Numbered from the stretch's first letter, positions 35,463-46,132 are shown. The stretch: DNA of 64,000 nucleotides from Collinsella aerofaciens (GCA_048447565.1 DBGAXC010000010.1:838-64837); one strand, 5' to 3'. Notes: generated by a model not told the origin, from the sequence alone. Numbers and translations: made by a program.

Positions 35463-35501
35463 AACCTGCCAAAAAGGGACAGGTTTATTTTGGTAGGTTT
35501 T
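35461..35501. repeat. REP-like palindrome, GGGACAG family
   Basis: AAAACCTGCCAAAA-AGGGACAGGTTTA-TTTTGGTAGGTTTT directly after a stop codon; related copies at 1109 and 38541. Confidence 0.7.
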
Positions 35502-35620
35502 ATCTGCGCAAGCGTCAAAACCGCCGCTAAGGGACAGACGCCCTTGCGGCGGTTTTCGCATATTATGTCGATAATCCGATATTCAACCAGACATTCTGGC
35601 TAAGGACTAAGGAAACTGCC

Positions 35621-37645
35621 ATGAAAAGACTCCCCCGCTTTGCGTTGGCCGCCGCGTTGTTTGCCGGCGCGCTCGCAGGCATCCCAAGCCTCGCTTTCGC
35701 GGGAAACCTGCCCGCCGCTATTGACGGCTCCGTGGCCGTCATGCACACCAACGATATCCACGGCAGCTACAAGTACAGCTACAACGCAAGCAAGGGCACC
35801 GGCACTGTGGGCTTTGACGGACTGGCGGTTCTCTATAGCGCCCAAAGCAGCGCCCCCGATCTTTTACTCGATGCGGGCGACACCTTCCACGGACAGTCCT
35901 TCGCCACCATGAGCGAGGGCAAGAGCATCGCCGAGCTCATGGACACCTTCTACGCCGACGGCTACGACGCAACCACGCCAGGCAACCACGACTGGAGCTA
36001 CGGCGCGGACAAACTCCGCACCATGACCGGCTACAGCACCACCGGCACGCCCTTCGCCATGCTCTGCGCGAATGCAACGTCCTCGAACGGCGCATGGAGC
36101 TCGAGCATCACGAAGACGCTCGATCGCACCTGGGAGGATAGCGAGGATCACTCCACATTCGACTACAAAATCAAGGTCGGCGTCGTCGGAGCCATGGATG
36201 AGTCGCTAGGTTCCTCGCTGCGCGCGGACCTGGTCGCGGGCACCAGCTTCTCGAGTGCCGCGAACGCCATCAATGCCGAGGCAGAGCAGCTGCGCAAGGA
36301 GGGCTGCGATGTTGTTGTGTGTATCGCGCACACGCTCGACGCAAAGACCTTTGCCACGCGGCTCCGTGGCGTCGATGCCCTTATCGCAGGCCACGAGCAC
36401 ATCAACCTTAACGAGAAGGTGACGGGAGCCGACGGCAAGACGATCCACGTTGTCGAGGCAGGCAGCGCCTTTGCCGAGGTGGGGCTGCTTTCCATTCCGT
36501 ACAAATACGACACGAATGGCACCGAGACGACCGACGATGACACGGTCACGGTCCCTGCAGACGGCAGCGACGAGAAGCTCTACACCGCCAAGAACGTCAA
36601 CGACCTTTTGACAGACCCCGACAAGGGCTCCGACTACCAAAGCCGCCTTGAAGCCGTCCGCAACAAGATCAAGCCGCTCGACGAGGACTTTGAAAACGAA
36701 TCGAACAAGGTGCTCGGCACATCCACCACCAACTATTTCTACGGCGAGGACGCCGCAGGCACGCATGGTTGGGAAATGGTGCGCACCACCGATTTCCGCC
36801 CCGGCAAGGAGGGCGACACCACCAAGGCCCAGACCATCGGCCACGTGATTTGCGGCTCCTATCTTGCCCTGACGGGCGCGGACTTCGCTATCGAAAACGC
36901 TGGCGGCATCCGCGGCGGCATCGCGGCGGGCAACGTGACCGCCGGCAACGTCATCGCCATCTCGCCCTACGGCAACACTGTGGAGACCTGGACCATGACC
37001 GGCGCGGACTTCCTCGCAGCGCTCGAGCACTCGCTACAAATCAGCGACGATTGCAACGACAGCTACGAGCTTCAGCAGGCTTATGTGGCGGCCGGTCACA
37101 GCGAGCAGGAGGCGCAAGACAAGTACAAGTGGCGCGATGACTCTGGCAGCGTTCTCTCCTTTGGCGGCATCAACGTGACGATTGATTGGACACAGCCCGA
37201 AGGCAAGCGCATTGTGAGCGCCACACTCACCAAAGACGGCAGCACGCTCGACCCCGCCAAGACCTATACCGTCGCCACCAACAACTACATCATCACCAAC
37301 ACGACCGACTTCCCCACCTTCGCAAACGCCACCAAGCACACCGAGTGGGGTACCTGCGAGTCAGCGCTAAGGGCGCTGATCGGGCAGGACAGCTGGGAGA
37401 GCAAGATGACCTCGCTCGCGGGCACCATCAGCTTTGGCTACGCTGCCGTGGACCCCACGCCCACACCGGCCCCGACGCCTAAGCCCTCGCCTAAGACGGA
37501 CACGACGACCACGAAGGTCATCACCAAGAAGACGACCGGTAAGCTCGCCGCAACGGGAGACCGCACGCTGGCAGTAGTTGGCGCGTGCCTTATCGGCGGC
37601 ATCATCGTCATCATGCTCGGCATTATCTGGAAGCGTCGACGCTAA
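35621..37645 (+). CDS. Sortase-anchored 5'-nucleotidase / metallophosphatase
   Basis: Signal peptide, HTNDIHG, DAGD, GNHD, GHEH, NAGGIR, PYGN; Pro/Thr linker, LAATG, TM, KRRR tail. Confidence 0.92.
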   Translation: MKRLPRFALAAALFAGALAGIPSLAFAGNLPAAIDGSVAVMHTNDIHGSYKYSYNASKGTGTVGFDGLAVLYSAQSSAPDLLLDAGDTFHGQSFATMSEGKSIAELMDTFYADGYDATTPGNHDWSYGADKLRTMTGYSTTGTPFAMLCANATSSNGAWSSSITKTLDRTWEDSEDHSTFDYKIKVGVVGAMDESLGSSLRADLVAGTSFSSAANAINAEAEQLRKEGCDVVVCIAHTLDAKTFATRLRGVDALIAGHEHINLNEKVTGADGKTIHVVEAGSAFAEVGLLSIPYKYDTNGTETTDDDTVTVPADGSDEKLYTAKNVNDLLTDPDKGSDYQSRLEAVRNKIKPLDEDFENESNKVLGTSTTNYFYGEDAAGTHGWEMVRTTDFRPGKEGDTTKAQTIGHVICGSYLALTGADFAIENAGGIRGGIAAGNVTAGNVIAISPYGNTVETWTMTGADFLAALEHSLQISDDCNDSYELQQAYVAAGHSEQEAQDKYKWRDDSGSVLSFGGINVTIDWTQPEGKRIVSATLTKDGSTLDPAKTYTVATNNYIITNTTDFPTFANATKHTEWGTCESALRALIGQDSWESKMTSLAGTISFGYAAVDPTPTPAPTPKPSPKTDTTTTKVITKKTTGKLAATGDRTLAVVGACLIGGIIVIMLGIIWKRRR

Positions 37646-37774
37646 GCTACACCGCCGGGCCTTACAGCCCCGCCGCGTAAACCTTATATCGAGCACAGAA
37701 GCCCGTCCGAATTTGATCGGACGGGCTTCTTGGTGGGTATCATGGTTGAACGATCATTAGGAGGTTTTCCCTAC

Positions 37775-38542
37775 ATGGAATTGTTTGAGCCGATTCTTCA
37801 TTTCTTTGAGCAACGGTGGGTCCACAACATCATCTGGGCCGTCATCTTGGCGATAGGCACCGCCGTCGCCGCCAAGGTCGTATCCAAGACCCTGAACCAT
37901 CTGCTTAACCGAGACGATAACCCGCTTCCGGCATCGAGTATCTTCATCAACATCGCGCGCGCCGTCATCTGGATGATTGGCGGCAGCTTTATCCTCGATA
38001 ACTGCTTTGGCATTAACGCAAACGCGCTCGTCGCCGCCCTTGGCGTCGGCGGCATCGCCATCTCGCTCGGCTTTCAGGACACGCTGTCAAACCTTATCGG
38101 CGGCATGCAGGTGACCTTTATGGGCATCATCAAGCCCGGCGACAATATCGAGGTCGGCGGCGTATCCGGCGTGGTCCAAGACATCACTTGGCGCCATACA
38201 ACGATTGAGGATGCCTGTGGGCAGACCATCATCGTCCCCAACTCCAACATCTCCAAGAACACGCTCGTGCACCTCATGCCCTTTGGGCGCGTTGCCGTGC
38301 CCGTCGCGGTCAAGGACACGTCCAAGTGGGCTTCACTGGACGTACTGGCAGACGAGCTGACCAGCGCCACCAAAGCCGCCGTGCTTCCCATCTCGGGCTT
38401 TGACAAGGAGCCCTACGTACTCTTTAGCGAAATCGGCGACTTTGGCATCAAAGGAAAGATCATCTTTATCGTCAGCGACGACAGCACTACTTTCACGGCA
38501 GCCGACGCCTGCATCCGCGCCATCGCCCCCATCATCGCCTAA
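37775..38542 (+). CDS. MscS-family mechanosensitive channel
   Basis: LGVGGIAISLGFQDTLSNLIGG, GDNIEVG..G.VQDITWRHT, IVPNS. Confidence 0.9.
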   Translation: MELFEPILHFFEQRWVHNIIWAVILAIGTAVAAKVVSKTLNHLLNRDDNPLPASSIFINIARAVIWMIGGSFILDNCFGINANALVAALGVGGIAISLGFQDTLSNLIGGMQVTFMGIIKPGDNIEVGGVSGVVQDITWRHTTIEDACGQTIIVPNSNISKNTLVHLMPFGRVAVPVAVKDTSKWASLDVLADELTSATKAAVLPISGFDKEPYVLFSEIGDFGIKGKIIFIVSDDSTTFTAADACIRAIAPIIA

Positions 38543-38633
38543 CCCGCCAAAAAGGGACAGGCACCTTTGTGGTGGTTTTCATTCGTGGTACCATGGTTTA
38601 TGTAGTTGTTTAAACGACTAAGGGAGCAACATC

Positions 38634-40550
38634 ATGGAAGAGGCCTATCGTCAAGCACGCAAGCGCAGCGAGCAAGGACGTCGACGCGCCATTAGCCAAA
38701 GCGAGCATCCGTACCTTACGGACCTCGACAGTTTGATTGCCCAGCTCCCCTTAGGTCAGCGAGTGAGTGTCGGCCTGCGGGATATTCCGATCGAAATGGT
38801 CGTCGGCACTGTCACCAAGGGCCGTCAGTCCGCCTTTTCATGCAACTTTATGCCCCTGCTGCCGTTTAACACCGAGTTCGCCCGCAAGTGGTCCAACCTC
38901 TACGACATCCAGGTAACCGAGGGCTATCGCGACCCCATCATCGTCACCGAGTTCATGCATCGGTTCTATGTCCAGGAAGGCAATAAACGCGTCAGTGTCC
39001 TCAAATTCTTGGACGCTCCAACGGTTTCGGCCAGGGTCACCCGTCTCTACCCCGGCACATGGGATTCCGTCGAAAGCCGCCTGTACGGTGAATTCTGCGC
39101 GTTTTGGCGCGTCTGCCCCCTATACGAGATCGAGTTCTCGCGTGAGGGAAGCTACGAGACGCTCGCCAAGATGCTCGGTCAGAATCTTATCGAAAAATGG
39201 CCGCAGAAAAAGGTCGACTACCTGCGCCACACCTTCCTGCTCTTTAAGCGCGCCTACCTTCGCGCAGGCGGCGACCACCTGGACATTACGCCCGCCGACG
39301 CCATGCTCGTGTACCTCAATGTGTACAACCAGGACCGCCTGCTGGATACGCCAACGGATATCGTCGTAAACCGCCTGTGCAAGATTTGGCGCGAGCTGGT
39401 CATTGCCGGCAAAAATGACGAGGACAAGGTCGATCTTGTTGAAGCGCCGAGCGTCGACGAGGAGGAGTCGCCCGCCAAGTCCACCTCCGGCGTGCTCAAC
39501 TTCTTTATGGGCAAGACCGTCTATTCGGCGACCAACCCCCTGCGCATCGCCTTTATCCATGAGTTCCCCTGTGCGACGTCGAGCTGGGACAGCCTGCACG
39601 ACCAAGGGCGTCAGTATCTCGATGAGCACTTTGGCGGTATCGTGCGCACCGAGGCGTTCGAGGACTGTCACGATCCGGATGTGTTCTACGCCGCCGTGGA
39701 AACGGCTGTCAAACATGGGGCAAACGTCATCTTCTCGACCTCGCACCGCCTGATGGAATACACGCTCAGGGCTGCCGTTGAGTATCCCCAGGTTCGGTTC
39801 CTCAACTGCTCTATCGGCCTTCCCCATCAAAGCGTCCGTTCGTACTTTGGCAAGATGTACGAGGCCAAGTTCCTCCTGGGCGCCCTTGCCGCCAGCATGG
39901 CGGACAACCACCGCATCGGCTACCACGCGTCGGTCTTCGCCTCGGGCGCGCTCAGCGAGATCAACGCCTTTGCGATTGGCGCCTCGCTGCTCGACCCCCG
40001 TGCGCAAATTATCCTGACTTGGGGCGATGTGCCCGCCGGAGGCCTTGCCGAGGCCATGTGCCGCGAAGGTGTAAGCGTCATGACCGGCGCCGACATGTCA
40101 AAGTCGCTCGAAGACCCCACGGCCTACGGACTTCACCGCCTGGTCGATGGCAAGGTTACCGGCATCGCCATGCCGGTATGGAACTGGGGCCGTTACTACG
40201 AGCTCATCGTTCGCAGCCTTCTGCACGGCACGTGGGACGAGACCAGCGATGACAACCAAGTGCGCGCCGTCAACTACTGGTACGGCATGAGCTCTGGCGT
40301 TATCGACATCCGTTACGCTCCGGGCCTACCCTACCAGACGCGCAAACTCGTGCAGTTGCTCCGTAACGGCATTGTTGAGGGATCCATCAACCCCTTTGGC
40401 GGCGAGCTCCACAGCCAGAACGGCGTGGTACAGATCGAAGGCTTCCCTCCGCTGCCGAGCACGCAGATTGTCGAGATGAATTGGCTGGCGGATAACGTGG
40501 TAGGCACCATTCCGCAGCTCGACGATGAGCCGAAAGTCCCTGCCCTATGA
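38634..40550 (+). CDS. ParB-like N-terminal domain fused to BMP-family nucleoside-binding domain (no signal peptide)
   Basis: IPIEMVVGT, F..NFMP, PIIV..FYVQEGNKRVSV; C-terminal SSWDSLHDQG, YEAKFLLGALA, INAFAIGA, WNWG.YY. Confidence 0.72.
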   Translation: MEEAYRQARKRSEQGRRRAISQSEHPYLTDLDSLIAQLPLGQRVSVGLRDIPIEMVVGTVTKGRQSAFSCNFMPLLPFNTEFARKWSNLYDIQVTEGYRDPIIVTEFMHRFYVQEGNKRVSVLKFLDAPTVSARVTRLYPGTWDSVESRLYGEFCAFWRVCPLYEIEFSREGSYETLAKMLGQNLIEKWPQKKVDYLRHTFLLFKRAYLRAGGDHLDITPADAMLVYLNVYNQDRLLDTPTDIVVNRLCKIWRELVIAGKNDEDKVDLVEAPSVDEEESPAKSTSGVLNFFMGKTVYSATNPLRIAFIHEFPCATSSWDSLHDQGRQYLDEHFGGIVRTEAFEDCHDPDVFYAAVETAVKHGANVIFSTSHRLMEYTLRAAVEYPQVRFLNCSIGLPHQSVRSYFGKMYEAKFLLGALAASMADNHRIGYHASVFASGALSEINAFAIGASLLDPRAQIILTWGDVPAGGLAEAMCREGVSVMTGADMSKSLEDPTAYGLHRLVDGKVTGIAMPVWNWGRYYELIVRSLLHGTWDETSDDNQVRAVNYWYGMSSGVIDIRYAPGLPYQTRKLVQLLRNGIVEGSINPFGGELHSQNGVVQIEGFPPLPSTQIVEMNWLADNVVGTIPQLDDEPKVPAL

Positions 40551-41257
40551 AAATCCTTGCCATAGCCGATACCGAAGAACGATGCCTTTGGGAGTGCTTT
40601 CGCAAGGAACGCTTTGAGGGCGTCGACCTGATTTTGTCCGCCGGCGATCTGGACCCGGACTATCTTGAGTTTTTGGTTACGGTCATCAACAAACCGCTCA
40701 TCTACGTGCGTGGCAATCACGATGACCGCTACGCACGTCATGCACCGGGCGGATGTATCTGCGTAGAAGACAGCGTGTACACGTACCGAGGGATTCGCAT
40801 TGCGGGCCTTGGCGGGTCCATGCGTTATCGCGACGGCGCCAACATGTACACCGAACGCGAGATGTCCAAGCGCATGCGTAAGCTGTCGCGTAAGGTTAGG
40901 ATGGTCGGCGGGTGCGACATTCTGCTTACCCATGCACCCGCCGCCGGTATGGGTGATCTGGACGATCTGCCGCATCGAGGGTTTGAGTGCTTTAACACGG
41001 CGCTTGAATCCTGGGGGGCCGACTACATGGTGCATGGGCATGTACACCAAAGCTACGGTTACGATTTTCAGCGCGAGCGGCAGCATGTGTGTGGAACGAC
41101 GATCATCAACGCCTGCGGCTATACGCAGTTTGAGCTCGACCAGACGCGCTACCCCATCCGTGGCTGGCAGGCAGCCTGGCTCAATTCGCAAACCATGCGC
41201 CGCGAGCTCAAACGCCACGATGCCATCGAGTCCTCAACAGCCAGAACACCCTGGTAA
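40547..41257 (+). CDS. Calcineurin-like metallophosphoesterase
   Basis: ILAIAD, AGDL, RGNHD, LLTHAP, HGHVH; ATGA overlap with the upstream gene. Confidence 0.9.
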   Translation: MKILAIADTEERCLWECFRKERFEGVDLILSAGDLDPDYLEFLVTVINKPLIYVRGNHDDRYARHAPGGCICVEDSVYTYRGIRIAGLGGSMRYRDGANMYTEREMSKRMRKLSRKVRMVGGCDILLTHAPAAGMGDLDDLPHRGFECFNTALESWGADYMVHGHVHQSYGYDFQRERQHVCGTTIINACGYTQFELDQTRYPIRGWQAAWLNSQTMRRELKRHDAIESSTARTPW

Positions 41258-41258
41258 C

Positions 41259-41291
41259 CACCATAAAGGGGACACTGTCCCCTTTATGGTG
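41259..41291. repeat. Perfect 16 bp inverted repeat with GGGGACA/TGTCCCC core
   Basis: CACCATAAAGGGGACA-C-TGTCCCCTTTATGGTG. Confidence 0.75.
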
Positions 41292-41307
41292 CTTTTGACG
41301 CGATAGC

Positions 41308-41346
41308 AAGAAACCCGGTCCTGCACAAGGCAGAACCGGGTTTCTT
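41308..41346. terminator. Likely bidirectional terminator between convergent genes
   Basis: AAGAAACCCGGT...ACCGGGTTTCTT. Confidence 0.7.
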
Positions 41347-41382
41347 TAGCAATGCTTGCTGTACTCAGGCAGTAACTAGCAG

Positions 41383-42090
41383 TTACTCAGCCAGGAAGTC
41401 ACGCTGGACAGCGGGATCGACCTTGACGCCAGGGCCCATGGTGGAAGACACGGAGATGGACTTGACGTACTTGCCCTTAGCAGAAGAGGGCTTGACGCGC
41501 AGAATCTCGGTGTACAGGGCAGCGTAGTTCTCGACGAGCTGCTGCTCAGAGAAGGACTTCTTGCCCAGGGGCACGTGGCAGATGCCGTAGCGGTCGGCGC
41601 GGTACTCAACGCGGCCAGCCTTGAGCTCGGAGACCATCTTGGCGACGTCCATGGTCACGGTGCCGAGCTTGGGGTTCGGCATGAGGCCACGGGGACCAAG
41701 GATCTTACCGATGCGGCCAACCTTGGCCATCATGTTCGGCGTAGCGATAGCGGCGTCGAAGTTGATCTCGCCCTTCTGAATCTGGGCGACGAGCTCGTCG
41801 GAACCGATGATGTCGGCGCCGGCAGCCTCAGCCTCACGGGCCTTCTCGCCCTCGGCGAAGACGGCAACACGAACGGTCTTGCCGGTGCCGTGGGGCAGGG
41901 AGATGGAACCACGGATGTTCTGGTCAGCCTTACGAGTATCGATGCCCAGACGGAAGTGAGCCTCGACGGTCTCGTCGAACTTGGCGGTGTCGAGCTCCTT
42001 GATGAGCTTGGCAGCCTGAAGGGGGGTGTAGAGCGTGGCGCGGTCGATCTTCTCGGCAGCGGCGTTATAGCTCTTACCATGCTTAGCCAT
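41383..42090 (-). CDS. rplA: 50S ribosomal protein L1
   Basis: [35 protein letters not shown]. Confidence 0.99.
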   Translation of the reverse strand: MAKHGKSYNAAAEKIDRATLYTPLQAAKLIKELDTAKFDETVEAHFRLGIDTRKADQNIRGSISLPHGTGKTVRVAVFAEGEKAREAEAAGADIIGSDELVAQIQKGEINFDAAIATPNMMAKVGRIGKILGPRGLMPNPKLGTVTMDVAKMVSELKAGRVEYRADRYGICHVPLGKKSFSEQQLVENYAALYTEILRVKPSSAKGKYVKSISVSSTMGPGVKVDPAVQRDFLAE

Positions 42091-42104
42091 GTGCATTACC
42101 TCCT

Positions 42105-42132
42105 GTGGTTAAACGGGCGTGAGCCCTCCCAC
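42105..42132 (-). promoter_or_regulatory. L1-binding autogenous regulatory RNA before rplA
   Basis: GTGGGAG-GGC..GCCC-GTTT-AACCAC abutting the AGGAGG RBS, the 23S L1-site mimic pattern. Confidence 0.7.
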
Positions 42133-42207
42133 ATCGTATCGTGTGCCCTATTGCACACATTTAACGGGCGCCCCGGTCGGAGCACCCGCCGTTACCATAA
42201 GAAATCG

Positions 42208-42636
42208 CTACTCAGCGATGGTGACGCCCATGGAACGGGCGGTACCGGCGATGATCTTCTTGGCGGCGTCAATGTCGTTGGCATTGAGGTCCGGTATCTT
42301 GATCTCGGCGATCTTGGTGAGCTGCTCCTGGGAGAGCTGACCAACCTTGTCAGCCTGGGGCTTAGCGGAACCAGACTTGAGGTTCAGCTCCTTCTTGATA
42401 AGGTGAGCCGCCGGCGGGGTCTTGGTGATGAAGGAGAAGGACTTGTCCTCGTAGACAGAGATCTCAACGGGGATGATGTCACCCTTCTTGTCCTGCGTCT
42501 CGGCGTTAAAGGCCTGGCAGAACTGCATGATGTTCACGCCAGCAGCGCCCAGGGCGGGGCCGACGGGAGGAGCGGGGTTTGCTGCACCAGCAGGAATCTG
42601 GAGCTTAATGACGTTGGCAACCTTCTTCTCAGCCAT
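42208..42636 (-). CDS. rplK: 50S ribosomal protein L11
   Basis: [27 protein letters not shown]. Confidence 0.99.
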   Translation of the reverse strand: MAEKKVANVIKLQIPAGAANPAPPVGPALGAAGVNIMQFCQAFNAETQDKKGDIIPVEISVYEDKSFSFITKTPPAAHLIKKELNLKSGSAKPQADKVGQLSQEQLTKIAEIKIPDLNANDIDAAKKIIAGTARSMGVTIAE

Positions 42637-42756
42637 GGTCATTCCTTTCGAATCACGAGTGTGAAGTACTTGCTATATCGTAAGCACGCACGTGTTAGAA
42701 GCACTCCTGAGATGAGCAGTCACAGAAGAAGCACGCTCGCGCGAACGGACGAAAAC

Positions 42757-43293
42757 TTAAGCGATGACAGCGACCTGGTTAAAGTCGAGCTCGACCGGCG
42801 TCTCGCGGCCAAAGATCATCAGCGTGACCTTGAGCTTGCCAGCCTCGGTGTTAACCTCGGAGACCTTGCCATCAAAGTCGGTAAGCGGGCCATCGGTGAC
42901 GCGGACGGACGTACCGACCTCAATATCAACCGAGGTGCGCTTGGGCGAATCGCCCTTACCGGGACGACGAGTCATCTTGTTGTACTCGTCGCGGGAAAGC
43001 GGAGCGGGCTTGCCGTTGCCGCCTAGGAAACCGGTGACGCCAGGCGTGTTACGAACACACGTCCAAGCATCGTCATCCATCTCCATGCGGACCAGGACAT
43101 AACCCGGGAAGATCTTGGAATCCTTGGTCTCACGCTTGCCACCCTCTTTAATCTCGGTGACGCGCTCCATAGGAATCTCGATATCAAAGATACGGTCCTG
43201 CATGCCCATAGTCTCGATGCGATGCTCGAGATCGGACTTAACGCGGTTCTCGTATCCAGAGTAAGTGTGAACGACGTACCAACGCTTAGACAT
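42757..43293 (-). CDS. nusG: Transcription elongation factor NusG
   Basis: [31 protein letters not shown]. Confidence 0.99.
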   Translation of the reverse strand: MSKRWYVVHTYSGYENRVKSDLEHRIETMGMQDRIFDIEIPMERVTEIKEGGKRETKDSKIFPGYVLVRMEMDDDAWTCVRNTPGVTGFLGGNGKPAPLSRDEYNKMTRRPGKGDSPKRTSVDIEVGTSVRVTDGPLTDFDGKVSEVNTEAGKLKVTLMIFGRETPVELDFNQVAVIA

Positions 43294-43296
43294 GGT

Positions 43297-43635
43297 TTAG
43301 CCCCTCAATCCAGAGAACAGAGCAAGAGCCTCGCCAAAGCCAGCATCGAGCAGAGCGATGACGACGCCGACGACGATCAGAGAAGCGCAAACAACAACCG
43401 AGTAGTTCACGAGCTCCTTCTTATCGGGCCACGTGACACGCTTCATCTCGGACTTGACCGAAGCGAAATACTTCTTGGTGCGGGCGAAGAAACCAGGCTT
43501 CTCGTTCTTCTTGGACTTCGCAGCCTTCTCGTTCTTCTTGGCAACGGCCTTCTTGGCCTCAACCTTGGAGTTGGCGGCAGCTTTGTTGGCAGGTGCCGGC
43601 TGCTGAGCCTTCTTCTTGTTCTTCTTGTTGGCCAT
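43297..43635 (-). CDS. secE: Preprotein translocase subunit SecE
   Basis: VKSEMKRVTWP plus one TM; upstream of nusG. Confidence 0.95.
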   Translation of the reverse strand: MANKKNKKKAQQPAPANKAAANSKVEAKKAVAKKNEKAAKSKKNEKPGFFARTKKYFASVKSEMKRVTWPDKKELVNYSVVVCASLIVVGVVIALLDAGFGEALALFSGLRG

Positions 43636-43711
43636 TTGGGTTACCTCCGCGCAATGCGCTTATACATGAGTAAACCGTAAGCCCCCAAGTGGGAGCTTAC
43701 GGAATAATGAC

Positions 43712-43787
43712 TGGCACGCCAGGAAGGACTCGAACCCTCAACACTCGGTTTTGGAGACCGATGCTCTACCAATTGAACTACTGGCGT
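43712..43787 (-). tRNA. tRNA-Trp (CCA)
   Basis: 76 nt cloverleaf, anticodon loop CTCCAAA, GTTCGAG, 3' CCA. Confidence 0.97.
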
Positions 43788-43800
43788 ATGTGACTAGAGA

Positions 43801-43950
43801 CTAGCGAGTCTCTTTGTGCAGCGTGTGGTGACGGCACCAGGGGCAATACTTCTTGATCTCCATACGATCAGGCATGGTCGACTTGTTCTTGGTGGTCGTA
43901 TAGTTGCGGCGCTTGCACTCAGTGCACGCAAGAGTAACTAGAGTACGCAT
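43801..43950 (-). CDS. rpmG: 50S ribosomal protein L33 (Zn-binding form; absent from ORF track)
   Basis: Hand translation [49 protein letters not shown]. Confidence 0.97.
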   Translation of the reverse strand: MRTLVTLACTECKRRNYTTTKNKSTMPDRMEIKKYCPWCRHHTLHKETR

Positions 43951-43995
43951 GTATCCTGAACCTTTCATTTCCGCCCCGTACGGGCACGAGTTGTT

Positions 43996-44025
43996 ACTTT
44001 ATCAGCTCCACGTAAGTGCTGTCAA
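43996..44025 (-). promoter_or_regulatory. Housekeeping sigma promoter for rpmG
   Basis: TTGACA-N18-TAAAGT on the minus strand. Confidence 0.55.
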
Positions 44026-44166
44026 TGAAAACCTCGAGTCAATTGGTTCTCGGTGGATCCATTCATATTTGGAACACATCAATGAAGCCATCGAGAGCTA
44101 ATCGACGGTGCATCCAGGACCATTATCGATCCTCTCGACACCAGCAACGGCTCAATATCCATTGCA

Positions 44167-44203
44167 GAAAAGAACCCGGCACCCATATAAGTGCCGGGTT
44201 CTC
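44167..44203 (-). terminator. Terminator after tuf
   Basis: AGAACCCGGCAC/GTGCCGGGTTCT preceded by an A run. Confidence 0.8.
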
Positions 44204-44229
44204 TAAGTCAGCTATATCAAAGAGCTAAT

Positions 44230-45420
44230 TTACTCAATGATCGTGGAGACGATGCCCGAACCGACGGTGTGGCCACCCTCGCGGATAGCGAAGCGCAGAC
44301 CCTCCTCCATGGCGATCGGGTGGATGAGGTCGCCCTCGATGGTGATGTGGTCACCAGGCATAGCCATCTCGGTGCCCTCGGGGAGCTTGACCGTACCGGT
44401 AACGTCGGTGGTACGGAAGTAGAACTGAGGACGATAACCATCGAAGAACGGGGTGTGACGGCCGCCCTCCTCCTTGGTCAGAACGTAGATCTCGCCGGTG
44501 AACTTGGTGTGCGGGGTAACCGAACCGGGCTTGCAGAGAACCTGGCCGCGCTCGATGTCCTCACGCTTGATGCCGCGGAGCAGCAGACCGACGTTGTCGC
44601 CAGCCTCGCAGAAGTCCATGGACTTACGGAACATCTCGATACCGGTAACGACGGTGTTCTGGGTATCCTTGATGCCGACGATCTCGACGGGCTCGTTGAG
44701 CTTGAGCTCACCGCGCTCGACACGGCCAGTAGCAACGGTACCACGGCCGGAGATGGTCATAACGTCCTCAACGGCCATCAGGAACGGGAGGTCGTTGTTA
44801 CGAGCAGGCGTCGGGATGTACTCGTCGACGGCCTTCATGAGCTCGCGAATGGCGTCCATCCACTTGGCGTCGCCCTCGAGAGCGCCCAGAGCGGAGCCAC
44901 GGATGACGGGGATGTCGTCGCCGGGGAAATCGTACTCGGAGAGGAGCTCACGGGTCTCCATCTCGACGAGGTCGATGAGCTCGTCATCGTCGACCATGTC
45001 GCACTTGTTCAGGAAGACGACGATGTAGGGAACGCCGACCTGACGGGCGAGCAGGATGTGCTCGCGGGTCTGAGCCATGGGGCCGTCGGTAGCAGCGATG
45101 ACCAGGATAGCGCCGTCCATCTGAGCAGCGCCGGAGATCATGTTCTTGACGTAGTCAGCGTGGCCCGGGCAGTCAACGTGAGCGTAGTGACGGGCAGCGG
45201 TCTCGTACTCAACGTGGGAGACGGAAATCGTGATGCCGCGCTCGCGCTCCTCGGGAGCCTTGTCGATGTTCTCGAACGCAGTGAAGTCAGCCTTGCAGCC
45301 CTCGGTCTCGGAGAGAACCTTGGTGATGGCAGCGGTCAGCGTGGTCTTGCCGTGGTCGACGTGACCAATGGTGCCGATGTTAACATGCGGCTTAGTGCGC
45401 TCAAACTTCTCTTTGGCCAT
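44230..45420 (-). CDS. tuf: Elongation factor Tu
   Basis: [30 protein letters not shown]. Confidence 0.99.
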   Translation of the reverse strand: MAKEKFERTKPHVNIGTIGHVDHGKTTLTAAITKVLSETEGCKADFTAFENIDKAPEERERGITISVSHVEYETAARHYAHVDCPGHADYVKNMISGAAQMDGAILVIAATDGPMAQTREHILLARQVGVPYIVVFLNKCDMVDDDELIDLVEMETRELLSEYDFPGDDIPVIRGSALGALEGDAKWMDAIRELMKAVDEYIPTPARNNDLPFLMAVEDVMTISGRGTVATGRVERGELKLNEPVEIVGIKDTQNTVVTGIEMFRKSMDFCEAGDNVGLLLRGIKREDIERGQVLCKPGSVTPHTKFTGEIYVLTKEEGGRHTPFFDGYRPQFYFRTTDVTGTVKLPEGTEMAMPGDHITIEGDLIHPIAMEEGLRFAIREGGHTVGSGIVSTIIE

Positions 45421-45516
45421 AAAGCCCTCCTCTAAACAGGTCGTCCCCGGACGGGACTTTGCCTTTATACCATAGTGGCCTCTCAACATACTATTGAGAA
45501 GCCACCGTGTTACCTA

Positions 45517-45593
45517 TGGTAGCGGTGACTGGATTCGAACCAGTGACGCCACGGGTATGAACCGTGTGCTCTAACCAACTGAGCTACACCGCC
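45517..45593 (-). tRNA. tRNA-Met (CAT), elongator type
   Basis: GGCGGTGTAGCTCAG...TTCATAC...GTTCGAATC...CTACCA. Confidence 0.95.
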
Positions 45594-45596
45594 GGA

Positions 45597-45672
45597 TGGA
45601 GCCTGCAACCAGACTTGAACTGGTGACCTCTTCGTTACCAACGAAGTGCTCTACCGACTGAGCTATACAGGC
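45597..45672 (-). tRNA. tRNA-Thr (GGT)
   Basis: Cloverleaf with TTGGTAA anticodon loop, 3' CCA. Confidence 0.96.
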
Positions 45673-45682
45673 ACTTGACGGG

Positions 45683-45764
45683 TGGGAGCTATAGGATTCG
45701 AACCTATGTAGGCAGAGCCAACGGGTTTACAGCCCGTCCCCATTAACCACTCGGGCAAACTCCC
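45683..45764 (-). tRNA. tRNA-Tyr (GTA)
   Basis: CTGTAAA anticodon loop, long variable arm; 3' end reads ACCC, so CCA is not fully encoded. Confidence 0.95.
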
Positions 45765-45826
45765 AATCGTTCAAGTATCCGCAGGTCCTTTGGTCTTTTG
45801 GACCGCCGCCCCCGCGAACGAAAAAG

Positions 45827-45856
45827 ATAATACGATGCAACCTTGGGGGCTGTCAA
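45827..45856 (-). promoter_or_regulatory. Promoter for tRNA-Tyr/Thr/Met
   Basis: TTGACA-N18-TATTAT on the minus strand. Confidence 0.6.
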
Positions 45857-46076
45857 CGAAAACCTCTAGATACACGGTGCCGGGCGTATCTATATAGCTG
45901 TGACCTGCGGTTTTGTTGAGTTTGGATATGAAGGACGGTGGTTTTGAATACTGAGGTGACGTTTCCCGAGGTAACACTTTGGTGTAGTGGAGTACACCTT
46001 CAGGATCGAACTTCGATAATGGCTTATTTGCACCTATATATAGGTCGAGATCGGGGCTTCCCAGACAGAATCGAGC

Positions 46077-46132
46077 GTGGATAATCTCCCACTTTTGGCG
46101 TGGCTTCGAGTCCAAAGTGGGAGATTATCCAC
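46077..46132. repeat. Hairpin with 19 bp perfect arms
   Basis: GTGGATAATCTCCCACTTT / AAAGTGGGAGATTATCCAC. Confidence 0.85.
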
